64,000 nucleotides of DNA from Macrostomum lignano (taxonomy: Eukaryota), in assembly GCA_002269645.1 (NCBI GenBank), contig NIVC01000694.1, forward strand, positions 310,001-374,000, in the 5' to 3' direction. Position numbers and translations under genes: made by a program. The notes below the pieces were generated by a model that did not search any database, was not told the origin of the DNA, and worked only from the letters and a program-made list of their open reading frames with translations. Positions 44,396 through 56,685 of this stretch are shown one piece after another (position 1 is the first letter of the stretch; each line of letters opens with the position of its first letter).

Positions 44396-46801
44396 TGAAA
44401 GTGGATCCTAATAGAATCAAGCAAAGCATATTTGTTGAAAAAAGTTTCTAATTATTATTCTAATTATTATTTGGTTTATAAAAAAGAGAATAAAAAAATT
44501 ATGAAACGGTAATGGAGACAAGCCAGGCTAGTTGCAAAGGCTTTAAGCCAGCCAGTATGGCTAATACCCCCACATCTCAACCCCCACCAGAGTACAAAGG
44601 CATGTATAGTGGCACCTCCTAGCATGTCTAACACACTATACTCAGAGAGTAACAATTGCAATATATATGCACATTATGACAGGGCAGGCAGCCAATAGCT
44701 TCTTTTTCATCATCCCAATAAAGTCAAAGAATCAACTTAAGTGAGCTTTAGACTAATGATTCTCATTAAATAGTTGTTTGAGTACTTATATAACATGTAT
44801 TTGAAGATCAAAAAAAATTAAAATTTGAAATGAACTATTAAGTTAAAAAATTCATCTTTAGACAAAGGTCAATCTTTTTTTTAAAATATAAATATAATCA
44901 CATAAACCAAACCAAAAACCTGCATACAGCATGAATATCAACTATGAAATATGCTATATAAAAATAATCACTATTGATTGAATTGGTTGAAAAAACTAAA
45001 TGCTCAACCAAGTCCTTGACTTATCCAAAATCTAAGCTTGGTTGGACTCTAGGACTTGGTCTATACTTATTTATGCTACTATTAGCTTTAACAATATGCT
45101 TGTGTTTAGCACACTTTGAAGTTATAGCAGATTAAAAATATGAAGGAATTGTAGCTTTTTAATTAGCATTAGACTCATATTTTTATATCTAATACCAATT
45201 AGAACATCTTAAAAACTTTTATATTGACTTAATTTTTTATTTTGTTGAAAAACTGACAGTTGAAAAAGTCAGAAATTTTTCTTTTCTTATGTTCTAGACT
45301 AGCACTAGTTATTGCAAGAAAATCTTGCAATAAAATCTAACAGAATGCAAGCTAGGTTTTTTACTTTAATATTGGTTACCTTATTTGGTTTCCATAGCTG
45401 CAAAAATATCTTTTCCATTTTTAGAACTTTTTCTGTTTGGCAATCATATTTCAGATTAAGCCCCAAGAAGGCCATAACATATATCAGAATAACTAAATTA
45501 AAAATTTGTATGCTAGTCTAGCAGTCTTCAAAGGCATCTGCTTATATTGCCACTTGGTATTGTGGATTGGAAAATACTGAGATATATTGAAGATGATTAA
45601 AAGGGCACTTATAGCACTGCCAGGTGGCTTCAAAGTCACTATGGGCTGATTCAACTGGTTGTTCACTGAAGCTACCAAGCCCCTTGGCAACTTATTGTAG
45701 AATATTGACATGATCTTGAGGTATCTGCATATTGTCTGGGAGTGAGCAATGTAAAGACTGAAGTTAGCTGCTAGAATTTGGCCAAAGTAAGCTTTGCACA
45801 GTGTAGAAATCCTGTAGAAAGTGTAGAAAGTTGTAGAGTCCTGTTGCATCTAAAAATGTTTGTAATTACTTGGATGTTTTCAGAAAAATGAGCTCAGAAA
45901 GTTTATTCCAAAATAATTGTTATAAAACATTTTATTGCAACATAAAAGCATTTAACTAGAAATCTCATACCTTATCTCAAATCTCATACTGATTTAAGCA
46001 TAATTTAATGCTTAAATCAAATAAACAGACTTCACTTCAGTGCAAGCTTCCACTTTCACAAATTCTAAATCACCACGAAGGACAATGTAAGCTGTGTTAT
46101 GACAGATCTCAAAGTTTTTGGCAATGCTCACACACCTGTCACTATCCACAAAGCTCCAAATTTCATACATAAGAGTGGCTATTCAGATGGACTCCCTTCC
46201 CATCTGGTTTGGTGTCTGATTTGGTATCCTTCCTTCTTTTATTACCATGCCAATGGGCTTTCTAATGTTGTGACTGTCAGAGAACGTCTAGGCTCTGTGG
46301 ACAGCATCAACTACCTCTTTGAATCGCTTGCCAGCAATTGCCAGGTGACAAATGGTGGCACACTGATGTGGGTTTTCTTGTCTTTATTATATTGAACATG
46401 ACATTGGAATGCATTTCACAACAATTATTTAGGCTTATAATTCAGAAAAAAACGTTTGTATCAGAGCTAACTTGGTTACTTAAATTGCTACTCTTAGTTT
46501 CTTATAATACTTGTATATAGAAAGTTATGGTGTTAGGTTCTCTTAGCAGGTTATTGCTTATGGACTACTTGGTATTTTGTCATGTTTATTATTAAGAATT
46601 TCGGGATAAAAATTAATAAGCATAATCATCGTGGCCTAAATATTCTGTTCTAAAATAATTTGTGCAATATAACTTGAAAACCATAGCCAGGACATTGATC
46701 ATTGTTATGTAGAATGTAGGGTAGAGTGCATGCTGGCTCAACAATCCACCACTAAGCCTGACATTTCTCCCACCCCGCAGCCCAGCGGCCTCCAGCCCTC
46801 A

Positions 46802-48206
46802 ATGTCGCCGCCGCCGCCACCGCCCACAGTGGACTCCCTGGCCGGCCTGCGCACCCTGCTGCGCGGCCCCAGCCGCAGCCGGGAGTACAACTCCTACTCC
46901 GGCAAGATCCACACCCTCAAGTGGAGCAGCGACGGCTCCCGGCTGGCTACAGGCTCCGTAGACCGCGTCGTCAACCTGTTCTCCCTGGACTCCGGCCGCC
47001 TGTCCAAGGACGTCACATTCAAGGGCCACACGGGCAGTGTGGACCAGCTGTGCTGGAACCCGCGCCACCCCAGCCTGCTGGCCACCGCCAGCTCGGACAA
47101 GTCGCTGCGCCTGTGGGACGCCCGCACGCAGCACTCGGTGGCCACGCTGGTGCTCCGCGGCGAGAACATCAACGTGACCTGGTCGCCCAATGGCGAGTGC
47201 ATCGCCGTGGGCAACAAGGAGGACCTCGTCTCCTTTGTTGATGTGAAGACGCGCAAGGTGGCCCGCGAGGAGCAGTTCAAGCTGGAGGTGAACGAGGTGT
47301 CCTGGAACTGCACCGGGGACGCCTTCTTCATGACAACCGGGCTTGGCAGCGTGCAGGTGTTCTCGTATCCGGACATGCAGCTGGAGACCACCCTGCAGGT
47401 GGGTTCGCAACTGCTGATCGGCAGTTTTACTGCTTCTGTCTTTCCCGGCTGCCATTGCCATTTCTGGAAGATTTTGGCTTGAAATTACGATACTGCCTAC
47501 TGATGAGTAGCATGGAAAGAATATGAAGCAAATCTCTTTTATAATGTGTGCAAAAAGCTTGCGCACTGATAGTTAAAATACAACATCGAGCGCGTGGTGC
47601 CTTTGGTGCTGGCGCCTTTGGTGCTGGCGCCTTTGGTGCTGGCGCCTTTGGTGCTGGCGCCTTTGGTGCTGGTGCCTTTGGTGCTGGCGCCTTTGGTCCC
47701 CAAAGACACCCAATGAAAACTCCTGGCTACGCCCCTGCCGAGCTGCCAGTCTGATCTCAATGGCTTCAATGGCTGTTCGAATCGCTCATTATTGGCCCCA
47801 TCGCCGCCCCGCCCTCCAGGCACACCCCACCAACTGCATCTGTCTGGACTTCGACCGCACCGGCCGCTACTTCGCCACTGGAGCCGCGGACGCCCTGGTG
47901 ACGATCTGGTCCGCCACCGAACTGGCGCCGCTGGCCGCCTCCGGCCGGCTGGAGTGGCCGGTGCGCACCATCAGCTTCAGCCACGATGGCCAGCTGCTGG
48001 CCGCCGGCTCCGAGGACCACTTCATCGACATCTCGCACTCGGCCACAGGCGAGCAGGTGCTGCAGCACGCCACTAAAAACTCCTCCTTCACTCTGGCCTG
48101 GCACCCCCGCTGCTACCTGCTGGCCTACGGCGCCGACCGGGACAAATACCACGACGCCAGGGACGCCGCCTGCGTCAAGACGTTTAGCGTTGCCGTGGAG
48201 AGCTGA
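46802..48206 (+). CDS. THOC3: THO complex subunit 3 (Tex1), WD40 protein
   Basis: Exons 46802-47398 (an in-frame upstream ATG at 46730 is an alternative start) and 47820-48206, phase 0. Motifs: KIHTLKWSSDGSRLATGS, GHTGSVDQLCW, GENINVTWSP, AHPTNCICLDFD, LEWPVRTISFSHDG, FTLAWHP. Confidence 0.93.
47594..47698. repeat. 15-bp minisatellite in the THOC3 intron
   Basis: Unit gcctttggtgctggc. Confidence 0.9.
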
Positions 48207-48904
48207 TGAAGCTCGGACAGCCGACTGTGGATTCTGCGTCGGTCTGATTGGTAGACAAATTAGCAGTATGCTATAAACAGAAACAAATGTGCATTTCTAT
48301 TAAAGCGCATTGCTTGTTGCCTCGAAGCTACTGCTGTTGACTGCATGCAGCTTTTGTGCTTCTGTGTACGCTCATACAAATCTGACGCAGATCGGTCCTT
48401 TGTGGTTGCTTAACCTGATCTGTTTATTACTCTGGACTTTCTGTGTACATGATAGTGCTTATATAAATGCCAAATGCTGAGTTCCCGTCGCACATGTTCT
48501 CAGAGGCATCTCTGACGCAGCCATAACGTTGAGTTCTTGTTCATTATTTTTCTGACAGTATATTCATAGAATGTATCTGGGCTCACGCCACTGAATTCTC
48601 TAATAAAAGACAGGCCTGTTTTCCTAGCAATCAGAGGGCAGCCGTTGTGCCTTAACTCTCCCCACAGTCCAGATTTGTCCGGCCTTTCATCTAGCTGCTC
48701 AGTTCCCCGAGCTCTGGTCCCCTCCATCCCCTGTTACTGCTGGCTTTTACACAAATCCCAGTCGCTGCTCTCGTCACTGACCCATTTGCTTTGTGCCTGC
48801 CTAAACTGGAAGCTGTCTGTTAGCTCTGTGAGTCCTCAGGCTACCCTTCCAGATCCGCAGACTGAGCAGGCAACGTCCTATATCCTCATGGTGAGTAGCC
48901 AGCC

Positions 48905-49212
48905 TCCCAGATCCTCAGGCTGAGCAGCGGCCCTACCAGATCCTCGGCCCTCCCAGATCCTCAGGCTGAGCAGCCGCCCTCCCAGATCCTCAGGCTGAGC
49001 AGCGGCCCTCCCAGATCCTCAGGCTGAGCAGCGGCCCTCCCAGATCCTCAGGCTGAGCAGCGGCCCTCCCAGATCCTCAGGCTGAGCAGCGGCCCTCCCA
49101 GATCCTCAGGCTGAGCAGCGGCCCTCCCAGATCCTCAGGCTGAGCAGCGGCCCTCCCAGATCCTCAGGCTGAGCAGCGGCCCTCCCAGATCCTCAGGCTG
49201 AGCAGCCGCCCC
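48905..49212. repeat. 29-bp minisatellite, about 10 copies, in the THOC3-mannosidase spacer
   Basis: Unit cagatcctcaggctgagcagcggccctcc. Confidence 0.93.
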
Positions 49213-49272
49213 AGTCGCCCTGGCCAGTTGAGCCCAGCCGAATCCGCACCCATTGCAGCGCCGGCAGCCACT

Positions 49273-52200
49273 ATGCGCTGGCGCTACCTCAAGTACTACT
49301 TGGCCGTCTTCTTGCTGCTGCTCTTCCTGTTCTACAACATGCTGGACCGGACGGCCTCGCCCGAGCCCGGCCAGATCTCGCAGTCGGACCTGGCCGCCAT
49401 GGAGGAGCAGGTGCGCAAGTTTGAGTCGCAGCTCAAGCTGACCCGCGAGGCTCTACGCCTCATCAGGGAGGCTGTGCAGGAGATCACGGCCGGCCGGTCC
49501 GGCAACGCCAAGATCGACAGTCTGCTGGCGCACCTCAACGCCAACGGCCAGCTGGGGGCGGGCAACGCCGCCCTCGCTGATCTGCACGGCGCGCTCAAGG
49601 GCGCCCTGCAGCCGCCGCCTGGCGTTGCAGCAGCCGGCCAGCAGCAGCAGCAGCAAATTCCCGTGCCGCAGCTGGCGGTCAACGCGTTGCGCACCTGCCC
49701 GGCGCCCTGGTCGGCGCTGCTGAACCGACAGCATCGGGCCGACCTGCCGATGTCCCGACTGTACAGCGAGATCAGCTTCGACAATCCCGACGGCGGTCCG
49801 TGGAAGCAGGTGAGGATTTTCTGTCCAGCTGTGGTTTGAGAGTCCACGACTCCACAGCTTTGAGAATACTTAGTGGCGCAGTGCGGCTACAGGTGTTGCC
49901 AGTCAGTGGGCTACAGGTGTTGTCAGTCGGTGGGCTACAGGTGTTGTCAGTCGGTGGGCTACAGGTGTTGTCAGTCGGTGGGCTACAGGTGTTGTCAGTC
50001 GGTGGGCTACAGGTGTTGCCAGTCGGTGGGCTACAGGTGTTGCCAGTCTGTAGGTTAGAGGTATCGATGAGCATTGTCAGTCAGTGGGTTGCAGGTATCG
50101 ATGAGCATTGTCAGTCAGTGGGTTACAGGTATCGATGAGCACTGTCAGTCAGTGGGTTGCAGGTATCGATGAGCACTGTCAGTCAGTGGATTACAGGTAT
50201 CGATGAGCATTGTCAGTGGGTTACAGGTATCGATGAGCATTGTCAGTCAGTGGGTTACAGGTATCGATGAGCATTGTCAGCCGGTGGGTTACAGGTATCG
50301 ATGAGCATTGTCAGTCAGTGGGTTACAGGTATCGATGAGCATTGTCAGTCAGTGGGTTACAGGTATCGATGAGCATTGTCAGTCAGTGGGTTGCAGGTAT
50401 CGATGAGCATTGTCAGTCGTTGGGTTACAGGTATTGATGAGCATTGTCAGTCAGTGGGTTACAGGTATCGATGAGCACTGTCAGTCAGTGGGTTGCAGGT
50501 ATCGATGAGCACTGTCAGTCAGTGGGTTGCAGGTATCGATGAGCACTGTCAGTCGTTGGGTTACAGGTATCAATGAGCAGGAACTCAAGCCACCAGTCAG
50601 CTAAACGTGAGCCACTCGCTGCTCGCCATGAACTCCGCAGGGCTGGCAGGTGACCTTCGATCCTCAGCGGTTCACCCCCGCCAACAAGCTGCAGGTCATT
50701 GTCGTGCCGCACAGCCACAATGACCCCGGCTGGCGCAAGACCCTGGAAGAGTATTACCGCACGGAGACCGTTAACCTGCTCAATGGCATGCTGAGCAGCC
50801 TGCCCACCTTACCCCGCATGACCTTCATCTACGCCGAGGTGTCCTTCCTGTCCATGTGGTGGTCGGAGCTGTCCAACCAGCAGCGGGACACCGCCAAGCA
50901 GCTGATCGGCTCCGGCCGGCTGGAGATCGTCAGCGGCGGCTGGGTGATGCCGGACGAGGCCAACAGCCACTACTTCGCCCTGGTGGACCAGCTGGTGGAG
51001 GGCCACCAGTGGCTGGAGAAGCACATCGGCGTGCGGCCCAACTCGTCCTGGCAGATCGACCCGTTCGGCCACTCCAGCAGCCTGTCCTACATCTACCGGA
51101 AGGCCGGCTTCCGGCGCCAGCTGGTCCAGCGGGTGCACTACTCGGTGAAGAAGCGGCTGGCCCGGCAGCGGCAGCTGGAATTCCACTGGAAGCAGCTGTG
51201 GGACCCGCAGGTTGCGGAGCCGGGCAGCGACATGCTGTGCCACATGATGCCCTTCTACAGCTACGACATTCCGCACACCTGCGGCCCCGACCCCAAAATC
51301 TGCTGCCAGTTCGACTTCCACCGCCTGCCCGGCAGCGCCGTCACCTGTCCGTGGCGCGTGCCGCCGCAGGCTATCAGCGATGCCAACGTGGCGGCCAGGG
51401 CGGAGATGTTGCTGGACCAGTACAAGAAGAAGGCGAGCCTGTTCGGCACCAACGTCCTCCTGGTGCCGCTGGGCGACGACTTCCGTTACCAGGGCAACGA
51501 GTGGACCAGGCAGTACGAGAACTACGACAAGCTTATGGCCTACATCAACAGCAGGGCCGACTGGAATGCCAATGTGAAGTTCGGCACCCTGTCCGAGTAC
51601 TTTGACCTGCTGGCTAAGCAGAATGCCAGCTTTCCTTCGCTCACAGGTGAGCTAATTGCTCTAACTGTTAACCATGGAGTTCTAGACTCTGAAACTGGAG
51701 TGGAAACCCACTGGTCTAGTCTGGCCATGGAGTTCTAGACTCTGAAACTGGAGTGGAAACCCACTGGTCTAGTCTGGCCATGGAGTTCTAGACTCCAGCG
51801 GGCATCATTTGTCTACCTAACTTTACGCCCGCCACTCCTTCAGGCGACTTCTTCACCTACGCGGACCGGGACGACCACTACTGGAGCGGCTACTACACCA
51901 GCCGGCCTTTCCACAAGCGCCTGGAGCGGACCCTGGAGCACTCGCTGCGTTCCGCTGAGCTGCTGTTTTCCTACGCTGTTGGCCGCGCCCAGCGAACTCA
52001 CCGACGGTCTGCGCTGAAACCCGCGCACCTGTTTGAGTCGCTCACCACCGCCAGGTAAGCCTGAGACTACCATACCCGATTCATGAATCTCTGACCACCT
52101 GGACAATAAATTCATCCTCGCCAAGGAGAATCCCCTTCCTCACCACCGCAGAATCCCCTCATCACCACCGCAGAATCCTCTCCCCAACTTGCCATAAAAT

Positions 52201-54466
52201 ATGCGCACCAAAACGACCCGCTGCCACCCCGCACCCCAGACGCAGCCTGGGCCTCTTCCAGCACCATGACGGCATCACGGGCACAGCCAAGGACCACGTG
52301 GTCATAGACTACGGGCAGAAGCTGCTGGCCGCGCTGTCCAGCGCCCGCCTGGTGATGCGCCGCTCCGCCCAGTTCCTGCTGCTGCCCGCCACCTACAGCT
52401 CCGATGCTGGCGAGCTGCTGGCTGACTTCGAGTCCCGCGACCGGCACGACTCGCTGCCGACGCCAAGCGTCATCGACATCCGCTCCGGCGCCGCCGCCCG
52501 CTACGTTGTCATCTTCAACCCGCTGGTCAGAGCTCGCAAGGAGGTCATACGGCTGGTTGTCAACGACGCCCAGGTAATTGTCAGGGACCACGAAGGCAAG
52601 GAGCTGCCGGCTCAGCTGCTGCCGCAGTTCACCGCGGACTGGAAGGACATCCGCACCGACTGCTTCGGCGTGGCCGTGCTGCTGCGTCTGGAGCCGCTGT
52701 CCCTCACCCGCCTGGCCGTCAGCCGCGGCCCCAGCGCCAGCCTCTCCGTCTCCGCCCTCGCCCACACCAGCGCCGGCGCCCCCCTGCCCGCGCCCGCCCC
52801 ATTCGCTGCGGCCAGCCGGCCGGCCAAGCTGGCGCTGGAGTCAGAGCACCTCAGCGTGGAGTTCGACCCCACCAGCGGACTGCCCACCGGCCTCACCAAC
52901 AAGAAGCTGGGCGGCCGCCGCATGCCGCTGAACGTGAAGTTTTACACCTACGGAGCGCGGCCTGGCGGGGAGCGCAGCGGCGCCTACTTGTTCCTGCCGG
53001 ACGGGCCCGGCCGGCCAGCCTCCGACCAGCCCGGACCCGTCACTCGGGTGTCCGGCCCGCTCGTGTCCGAGGTGCACCGGGGCGGCCAGTTCGCCCGCAC
53101 CGTGACGCGGCTGTACGCCAGCCCGGACTCCGCGCAGGGTGCCGGCCTGGAGATCGAGAGCCTCGCCAACGTGCGCGGCAACTCCAACCTGGAGGTGGCT
53201 GTGCGGCTGGACACCGGGCTCGGACAGAGGAATTTCTACTCGGACATCAACTGCCTGCAGCTGGCCAAGCGGACCTACTGGGAGAAACTGCCTCTGCAGG
53301 CCAACGTGTATCCCATGCCCTGCCAGGCCTTCATGCAGGTAGAGCTAATCGCTGCCGTCTAGTCTCCAGCATTTGATAACTCTTTATACCTCGGTAGCTC
53401 AATTAAAATTTCTTCGAACGGTCACAATTGTCACTAGTCACAGTCACTTGTCAAGAAGTAATCACTGTCACTTGTCAAATAGTCACTGTCACTTGTCAAA
53501 TATTCACTGTCACTTGTCAAATAGTCACTGTCACTTGTCAAATAGTCACTGTCACTTGTCAAATGGCCACTGTCACTTGTCAAATGGCCACTGTCATTTG
53601 TCAAATAGTCACTGTCACTTGTCAACTAGTCACTGTCACTTGTCAACTAGTCACTGTCACTTGTCAACTAGTCACTGTCACTTATTAATTAGTCACCGTC
53701 ACTCTGTGAAATCAGCCCAAGTGGGATTTTTAAAGTAGCAGGCCAGGCGTTGCCATAATCCTTCAGTTCTATCCAAGCTCCAAGACTGATCAGCAAAAGT
53801 ACATTTGCACAATTTCCTTTGTCCCTGCAGGCTAACGGCGTGCGCCTGTCCGTGGTGGCGGCCCAGCCCATGGGGGTGCACAGCCCGGCCAGCGGCAGCC
53901 TGGAGCTGTTCCTGGACCGCACCCTGGCCCAGGACGATGGCCTCGGCCTGGAGCAGGGCGTCCTCGACAATCGGCCAACGCCCAGCACCTTTCGCCTGCT
54001 GCTGGAGGCTGCCTCTGGCCCCGCCGACGCCGACGGCGACCTCGGCTTCCCCAGCGGCCTGGCCACCCTCAGCCTGGACTCCCTGCTGCACCCGCCTGTG
54101 GCGATGCCCTCCGCCAGGCTCGCTGCCAACTCCGACCTGGCCGGCGTCCCCGCCCGCCTGTCGCTGGCGCCCCCCGCCGGCCTCGCCTGCGACCTGCACC
54201 TGCTGAACCTGCGCACCCTGCACAATGAGCGCACCGCTCAGCTCAGCCTGCACCGCCGCGGCGTCTCCTGCGCCTTCCCGCTCACCACCGACGAGTGCCG
54301 CGTGTCCGCCTCAGCCTCCGTGCCGCTGTCCGGCCTCTTCGCCGACCTGTCGCTGCTGTCCGCCAGGCGGAAGTCGCTCAGCCTGATGTACGACTACGGG
54401 CCCGTCGCCGAGGCGCTGGCGGTGCCGCCCATGGAGATCGAGACGGCCGAGGTGGAGCTGGGCTGA
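49273..54466 (+). CDS. MAN2A1: Golgi alpha-mannosidase II (GH38), type II membrane protein, about 1162 aa
   Basis: Exons 49273-49809, 50641-51646, 51844-52054, 52240-53338 and 53831-54466 total 3489 nt in frame. N-terminal TM, GGPWKQ|[52 protein letters not shown]2A1 versus MAN2A2 cannot be resolved. Confidence 0.93.
49884..50580. repeat. Two adjacent related minisatellites (24-bp, then 34-bp) in mannosidase intron 1
   Basis: Units gctacaggtgttgtcagtcggtgg and ttacaggtatcgatgagcattgtcagtcagtggg. Confidence 0.93.
51672..51796. repeat. 53-bp tandem duplication (about 2.3 copies) in mannosidase intron 2
   Basis: Unit ccatggagttctagactctgaaactggagtggaaacccactggtctagtctgg. Confidence 0.9.
53425..53700. 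repeat. 21-bp minisatellite in mannosidase intron 4
   Basis: Unit tagtcactgtcacttgtcaaa. Confidence 0.9.
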
Positions 54467-55134
54467 TGAGGCATTCAATATTCATCATGCTGTGCCTCTG
54501 ATGCTTTGTGAATGCGCAATTCATTTCTGATCAATGCTGATCGCCCCGTCCCATCCCGCGCTCTTTGTTGCCTGGCCCGGTTTGCTTATTGGCTCTTTGT
54601 TAACCTGCCGAGCGCTCCCTGCTCACAGAGAATTGGCACCCGCAATGTCCCGGTCCCCGCGGCCTCCTGTAGCTGTGCCAAAAGTATTCGGGCCTGTTTT
54701 TTTCCTTTCAAACCTCAACTTGAGTTGACTGAGCGGACACAGCTATGCCAGTATAATATATTATTAGTGTTTATAAGGCCACTTGTTTGTTTCCTTCACT
54801 CTTCTTTCCTTGTTGGTCCGGATTGGTGAAAGTCTATTGCCTGTGCTGCCTTGTTTTTTTCTTGTACTTGTTGTTTACCGCTTGAAGCAAATGCTTTTGA
54901 CTGTTATATTAATTCTAATGGAGCTTCTGCTGTATAGATCCCTGAGCCGGAGTTGTTGTTTGATTTTGTTTTCAACTCCTGGAAGTAAAAAATTCAGATG
55001 CTTTGACCGAGAAGCGCGGAGACTTTGCAGTTTTTTTGTAGTTTTCTTTTGCGAGGCTACATAAAGCTTTAGATCTGGGACTAGAAAGTTAGTTTGCTTA
55101 GGTTCAGGTGTTGCAACTTGCTTAAGTGCAATGA

Positions 55135-55438
55135 GCAGTAGGGTCTGGAGCAGCAGGGTCAGGGGAGCAGCAGGGTCAGGAACAGCAGTGTCGGGAGCAG
55201 CAGTGTCAGGAGCAGCAGTGTCAGGAGCAGCAGTGTCAGGAGCAGCAGTGTCAGGAGCAGCAGTGTCAGAAGCAGCAGTGTCAGAAGCAGTGTCAGGTGG
55301 AGCATAGTCAGGAGCAGCAGTCAGAAGTAGCAATGTCAGGAACAGCAGGGTCAGGAGCAGCAATGTCAGGAGCAGTAGTGTCAGGTGGAGCATAGTCAGG
55401 ATCAGCAGTGTCAGGAACAGCAGGGTCAGGAGCAGCAG
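55135..55438. repeat. 15-18-bp minisatellite in the mannosidase-BRK1 spacer
   Basis: Unit gcagcagtgtcagga and variants. Confidence 0.9.
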
Positions 55439-55467
55439 AAACGCCCAACCCTCCCTCCGCAGCCGCC

Positions 55468-55737
55468 ATGTCGCACACGAACTACATGGACCAGGTGCAG
55501 CAGGATGTGCAGCTGGACTGGAACCAGCGGGAGTACATCGACCTGATCGGGTTCACCCTGAAGCGCATGACGGACTTCCTGAACCAGTTCGACGTGTCCT
55601 GCCGCAGCAAGATCGCCCAGCTGAACGAGAAGCTGACGCTGCTGGAGCGCAAGGTGGACTTCATCGAGGCGCGCATCAAACGGGACGAGCTGGTGGCCGC
55701 GGGCAAGCAGGCCGCGCCTGGCGACCCGGCTAACTGA
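55468..55737 (+). CDS. BRK1: BRICK1/HSPC300, WAVE/SCAR complex subunit (89 aa)
   Basis: Reads VQLDWNQREYIDLI...DFLNQFDVSCRSKIAQLNEKLTLLERKVDFIEAR. A ctccgcag| acceptor lies 5 nt before the ATG. Confidence 0.95.
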   Translation: MSHTNYMDQVQQDVQLDWNQREYIDLIGFTLKRMTDFLNQFDVSCRSKIAQLNEKLTLLERKVDFIEARIKRDELVAAGKQAAPGDPAN

Positions 55738-56124
55738 GACTCCGCCTGCTTCCCTTCTCTTTAGCTGATTGTTCAATAAGAATGCGCTAGCGGCTACTTT
55801 CAGTAGGCTGAATACCACATTTATCAGTTTTTATTTAACCGGAGCGGTGGCCAGCTGCGCCTGCGCCTGGCTTGTACTCCAGATTGCCCTGCGCATCTCG
55901 GCATGCCGCCTTTTTATTCTGTACAGTTTGGTTAATTCCCGCGATTTGGGCGCTACCTGCATGTTCGTTTATTGATCGTTTTGATTCACTAAATTTTAAT
56001 ATAACCTGCTGCTCTATGTTTAAAGGATTTGACTTACTGTCTTTCTTTGCGGTTCATTTTTCATTCTTCGGCCCAGTTAATTCGATTTCAAAATAATAAA
56101 ATTAGCGGTACAAAAGGATGAAGC

Positions 56125-56620
56125 AGTAGTGGTAGATGATGAAATGTTGGTAGAGGATGAAGAAATGATGGTAGAGGATGAAGCAATGATGGTAGAGGAT
56201 GAAGCAATGATGGCAGAGGATGGGGCAGTGATGGCAGAGGATGGGGTAGTTATGGCAGAGGATGGGGTAGTGATGGCAGAGGATGGGGTAGTGATGGCAG
56301 AGGATGGGGTAGTGATGGCAGAGGATGGGGTAGTGATGGCAGAGGATGGGGTAGTGATGGCAGAGGATGGGGTAGTGATGGCAGAGGATGGGGCAGTGAT
56401 GGCAGAGGACGGGGTAGTGATGGCAGAGGATGGGGTAGTGATGGCAGAGGATGGGGTAGTGATGGCAGAGGATGGGGTAGTGATGGCAGAGGATGGGGCA
56501 GTGATGGCAGAGGACGGGGTAGTGATGGCAGAGGATGGGGTAGTGATGGCAGAGGATGGGGCAGTGATGGCAGAGGATGGGGTAATGATAGAAGAGAATG
56601 GGACAGTCATGGTAGAGGGT
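56125..56620. repeat. 21-bp minisatellite in the BRK1-ZFYVE19 spacer
   Basis: Unit gatggcagaggatggggtagt. Confidence 0.93.
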
Positions 56621-56685
56621 AATTACAACGATAGCTTCGGTTAAACACAGTAACCAGGGTAACCAGAGTAACTAAGCGAATAGCG

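Noticed and set aside
43991-44429. Repetitive ORFs (MAPILPV, SASDGAY)
   Set aside because: They are translations of the 21-bp minisatellite. The arrays at 54875-55393 and 56077-56644 were rejected for the same reason.
46730-46801. Upstream in-frame ATG as the THOC3 start
   Set aside because: It is not excluded, but the extension is non-conserved-looking and contains a pyrimidine-rich CAG acceptor at 46780, which favours ATG 46802.
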